DNA of 64,000 nt, from positions 526 to 64,525 of the forward strand of contig CAWFKQ010000006.1 in NCBI GenBank assembly GCA_963816395.1, in the 5' to 3' direction. Numbering within the stretch: the first letter of the stretch is position 1; the number at the start of each line of letters is the position of its first letter. Under the pieces are notes generated by a model, which ran no database searches, was not told where the DNA came from, and was given only the letters and a program-made list of their open reading frames with translations. Both the position numbers and the translations under genes were made by a program. Below are positions 61,027 through 64,000 of this stretch, piece after piece. This stretch comes from an uncultured delta proteobacterium (lineage in GTDB: Bacteria > Desulfobacterota > Desulfuromonadia > Desulfuromonadales > JACZKF01).

Positions 61027-62472
61027 TCAGCGGGGGAACGCCGGCAGCTCCAGGCCGGCCAGCCGCTGTACCAGCCGCACCACCTGGCAGCTGTAGCCGA
61101 ATTCGTTGTCGTACCAGACGTAGAGCACGCAGCGATTGCCCTGGACGATGGTGGCCAGGGAATCGACCACCCCGGCATGACGCGAGCCGACGAAATCGCT
61201 GGAGACCACCTCCGGCGAGTTGGTGAAGTCGATCTGGTTCTGCAGCGGCGAATCGAGGGAAATGTCGCGCAGGTAGCCGTTGAGCTCGGCGAGGCTCGTC
61301 TCCCGCTCCAGGGTGAGGTTGAGGATGGCCAGGGAGACGTTGGGGGTGGGGACGCGGATGGCGTTGCCGGTGAGCTTGCCGGCCAGCTCCGGCAGCGCCT
61401 TGGCCACCGCCTTGGCGGCTCCGGTCTCGGTGATCACCATGTTCAGCGGTGCGCTGCGCCCCCGGCGGTTGCTGTCGTGATAATTGTCGATCAGATTCTG
61501 GTCGTTGGTATAGGAATGACAGGTCTCCACGTGCCCGTTGGCGATGCCGAAACGGTCGCTCACCGCCTTGAGCACCGGCACGATGGCGTTGGTGGTGCAG
61601 CTGGCCGCCGAGTAGAGACGCTCGCCGCCGTCGGCCGGGACGTCGTTGACGCCGAAGACGAGGTTGGGAATATCCCCCTTGCCGGGGGCGGTAAGGACGA
61701 CGCTGGCGATCCCCCGGGCCTGCAGATGCCGCCCCAGCCCCTCGCGATCCCGCCACTTGCCGGTATTGTCGACCAGGATGGCGTTGTCGATGCCGTAGGC
61801 AGGGTAATCCACCTTTTCCGGGGCGTCGGCGTAGATGATGCGGATCAGGTTGCCGTTGGCAATGATGGCGTTTTCCTCCTCATCCACCGTGATCGTCCCC
61901 TGGAAATGGCCGTGCACCGAATCCCGGCGCAGCAGACTGGCGCGCTTTACCAGATCGTCCGGACTTCCCTTGCGCACCACCGCCGCCCGCAGCCGCAGCT
62001 TGTCGCCGCCGCCGGTCTTCTCCAGGAGGATGCGGGCGACCAGCCGGCCGATGCGGCCGAAACCGTATAACACCACATCCTGCGGCTGGCTGAGGAGCGA
62101 ATCCCGGCCGGTGTTCACCGGGGCCAGTTCCCGACGGACGAAATCCTCCAGGACCATGCCGGTACCCTGGGCCTGCCAGCGCACCGTCAGTTTGCCGATA
62201 TCCACCCGCGCGGGGGCCAGTTCCAGGCGGCTCATCGTCTCCAGGACGGGAAAGGTGTCGTGCACCGACAGCTCGTTTTCCAGGATCTGCCGGGCGAAGC
62301 GGTGTACCTTGAGGATGTCGACGGTCGACTTGTTGACCAGGCCGCGTCCGTAAACGGTGGTGACCACCCCATGGTTGCGGTAGAGGCGGCCGACCAGGGG
62401 CAGCATTGCCTCGGCCGTCTCCTCCCGTTTCTTCCAGTCGCGGAAATAGGCTTCCTGTTTAGCTGGGTTCAT
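61027..62472 (-). CDS. gap: glyceraldehyde-3-phosphate dehydrogenase, long form with a ~135-aa N-terminal extension
   Basis: GFGRIGRLVAR, ASCTTNA (active-site Cys) and WYDNEFGYS. 481 aa from the Met at 62472 (GGAAGGAA upstream); the ORF opens at 62559. Confidence 0.9.
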   Translation of the reverse strand: MNPAKQEAYFRDWKKREETAEAMLPLVGRLYRNHGVVTTVYGRGLVNKSTVDILKVHRFARQILENELSVHDTFPVLETMSRLELAPARVDIGKLTVRWQAQGTGMVLEDFVRRELAPVNTGRDSLLSQPQDVVLYGFGRIGRLVARILLEKTGGGDKLRLRAAVVRKGSPDDLVKRASLLRRDSVHGHFQGTITVDEEENAIIANGNLIRIIYADAPEKVDYPAYGIDNAILVDNTGKWRDREGLGRHLQARGIASVVLTAPGKGDIPNLVFGVNDVPADGGERLYSAASCTTNAIVPVLKAVSDRFGIANGHVETCHSYTNDQNLIDNYHDSNRRGRSAPLNMVITETGAAKAVAKALPELAGKLTGNAIRVPTPNVSLAILNLTLERETSLAELNGYLRDISLDSPLQNQIDFTNSPEVVSSDFVGSRHAGVVDSLATIVQGNRCVLYVWYDNEFGYSCQVVRLVQRLAGLELPAFPR

Positions 62473-62543
62473 GCTTTTTGTTCCTTCCTTTTGCATGGCA
62501 TAGGATCCCGCCCGCAGGTCGGGATTAAAACCGGCGTATCCTA

Positions 62544-62682
62544 CTAGAGGCGAGGGCAAGAGGCAAGGGGGAAGAGGCTAGTGACGAGCGGCTAGCGGCT
62601 AGCGGCCAGCGGCAAAAGCCAAGGCCCAAGGCTCAAAGCGGGGCCGTTAGCCGTTAGCCTTAAGCCGGTAAGCCGCAAGCCG
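62544..62682. repeat. CTAG-rich heptad-periodic repeat block (family locus C) between malQ and gap
   Basis: CTAGAGGCGAGGGCAAGAGGCAAGGGGGAAGAGGCTAG; GGCTAGC GGCTAGC GGCCAGC; CCAAGGC CCAAGGC TCAAAGC; GCCGTTA GCCGTTA GCCTTAA GCCGGTA AGCCGCA. An 18-bp stem is possible between 62590-62607 and 62642-62659. Confidence 0.85.
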
Positions 62683-62685
62683 AAT

Positions 62686-64000
62686 CTATGTACAGCGTCC
62701 GTAGGTGCGGGTCATCTCCAGCAAGCGCTGGCGGATCTCGGGGGTGAGGGCATGCGGGGGGAAGCGCCACTGCCAGTTCCCGCCGGGTTTCCCCGGGGTG
62801 TTCATGCGGGCGCGGGCATCGAGGGAAAGGATGTCCTGCAGCGGAAAGATGCTCAGGTCGGCGACGCTGGCCATCGCCAGGCGGATCAGTTCCCATGGCA
62901 TGTCCCGGCCGCTGTTGCCGAGATAGGCGCGGACCGCCTCCTTCTCCTGTTTCGGCAGCGATTTCCACCAGCCGAGGGTGGTATCGTTGTCGTGCGTGCC
63001 GGTATAGATGACACAGTTGCGCGGCAGATTGTAGGGCAGGTAAGGGTTGTCCGGACCGGAGCCGAAGGCGAACTGCAGTACCCGCATGCCGGGGAAAGCG
63101 AAGCGGTCGCGCAGCGCCTCCACCTCCGGGGTGATCACCCCCAGATCCTCGGCGACGATCGGCGCCTGGCCGAATTCGCGCTGCAGGTGCTGGAAAAGCT
63201 CCTCGCCGGGGACCGGCATCCAGCTGCCGTTGATCGCCGTCTCCTCCTCGGCGGGAACCGCCCAACAGGCCTCGAAGCCGCGGAAATGATCGATGCGTAC
63301 CAGATCGGTCTGACTCAGGTTCCAGCGGAAGCGCGCCAGCCACCAGGAGAAACCCTGCTCCGCCAGGCGCTCCCAGCGGTACATCGGATTGCCCCAGCGC
63401 TGCCCCGTCTCGCTGAAGTAATCCGGCGGCACGCCGGCCACCAGGGTAGGGTTCTGTTCCTCATCGAGGTAGAAGAGGTGGGGGTTGGCCCAGACATCCG
63501 CCGAATCGAAGGAGACGTAGATCGGGATATCGCCGAGAATGCGCACCCCCCGGCTGTTGGCGTACTGTTTCAGGGCGAACCACTGCTCGAAAAAGATGAA
63601 CTGGGCATACTTGTGAACGAGGATCGAGCCGTTCAGTTCCTCGCGCCAGAAGCCCAGGGCCGATTCCTCCCGCCGCCGGATGTCCTGTGGCCACTGGTTC
63701 CACGGCTGGTCGTCGAAATGCTGGCGCAAGGCGCGGAACAACGCATAATCGTTGAGCCAGTAACCCTGGTGGGCGTGAAATTCCCCGTAGGCCAACCGGC
63801 GCTCTTCCCGTCCCTGCCGGTGGAAGCGTTCGGCAGCCTTGTGCAGCAGTCGCAGCTTGTAGCTGTAGGCGAAACCGAAATGCGCCTCCCCCTCCGGCAT
63901 GGCGACACCTTCGATATCTTCCGGGTCGAGGTCTCCCGCCTCCACCAGGCGCTCCGGGGAGATCAGCAATGGATTGCCGGCAAAGGCGGAGAAGGCGCTG
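62686..64000 (-). CDS. malQ: 4-alpha-glucanotransferase (amylomaltase), N-terminus beyond the window edge
   Basis: GDIPIYVSFDSADVW, RIDHFRGF, IVAEDLGVITPEV and YTGTHDNDT. The reading frame is still open at position 64000. Confidence 0.93.
   Translation of the reverse strand, partial: SAFSAFAGNPLLISPERLVEAGDLDPEDIEGVAMPEGEAHFGFAYSYKLRLLHKAAERFHRQGREERRLAYGEFHAHQGYWLNDYALFRALRQHFDDQPWNQWPQDIRRREESALGFWREELNGSILVHKYAQFIFFEQWFALKQYANSRGVRILGDIPIYVSFDSADVWANPHLFYLDEEQNPTLVAGVPPDYFSETGQRWGNPMYRWERLAEQGFSWWLARFRWNLSQTDLVRIDHFRGFEACWAVPAEEETAINGSWMPVPGEELFQHLQREFGQAPIVAEDLGVITPEVEALRDRFAFPGMRVLQFAFGSGPDNPYLPYNLPRNCVIYTGTHDNDTTLGWWKSLPKQEKEAVRAYLGNSGRDMPWELIRLAMASVADLSIFPLQDILSLDARARMNTPGKPGGNWQWRFPPHALTPEIRQRLLEMTRTYGRCT

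Noticed and set aside
52081-62682. Repeat loci considered as a possible CRISPR array.
   Set aside because: The units are about 7 nt, degenerate and contiguous, with no 25-40-nt repeats separated by unique spacers. The loci are dispersed, and no cas genes are present.

Overview
GC-rich chromosomal segment that looks like a Desulfuromonadales-type deltaproteobacterium, based on a PpcA-like triheme cytochrome c7 and the general protein flavour. I can support about 50 protein genes and one tRNA-Thr(CGU). The content is mostly housekeeping and envelope functions. It includes an OmpA/vWA lipoprotein, a polysaccharide deacetylase and MprF. There is a Cache/HAMP histidine kinase with a NarL-type regulator next to TDT and FNT anion channels. 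Also present are DedA, a ~3000-aa cyclic beta-1,2-glucan synthase-like protein with a translationally coupled methyltransferase, MscL, and an orphan HerA/FtsK-like ATPase. Transport and metabolism genes include a HlyD/ABC-2 exporter, Amt, Uup, a radical-SAM plus methyltransferase pair, a GldAFG-like ABC system, the livKHMGF operon and SfsA. The right end carries LemA-TPM-TPM, clpS-clpA-aat, a PilZ protein, a THUMP methyltransferase, rpsU, a long-form GAPDH and MalQ (runs off the right edge). I found no CRISPR array, rRNA, intact mobile element or recognisable defence system. Five things stood out. (1) A ~184-nt direct duplication of the mscL 3' end brackets a 10.6-kb block that carries the giant glucan-synthase-like gene, its coupled methyltransferase and a transposase-related fragment. 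(2) A family of CTAG-rich, ~7-nt-periodic intergenic inverted repeats sits exactly at stop codons at three loci. (3) A two-gene radical-SAM (MJ0619/Tes-like) plus methyltransferase operon has an unresolved 3' end. (4) A large partner-less HerA-like ATPase stands alone. (5) The density of frame breaks is unusually high: about 19 in 14 otherwise well-conserved genes, plus one in-frame TAG. This looks mostly like G/C-homopolymer indel error, so several six-frame-track ORFs are artificial fusions or truncations. All family assignments come from reading the translations from memory; no searches were run.
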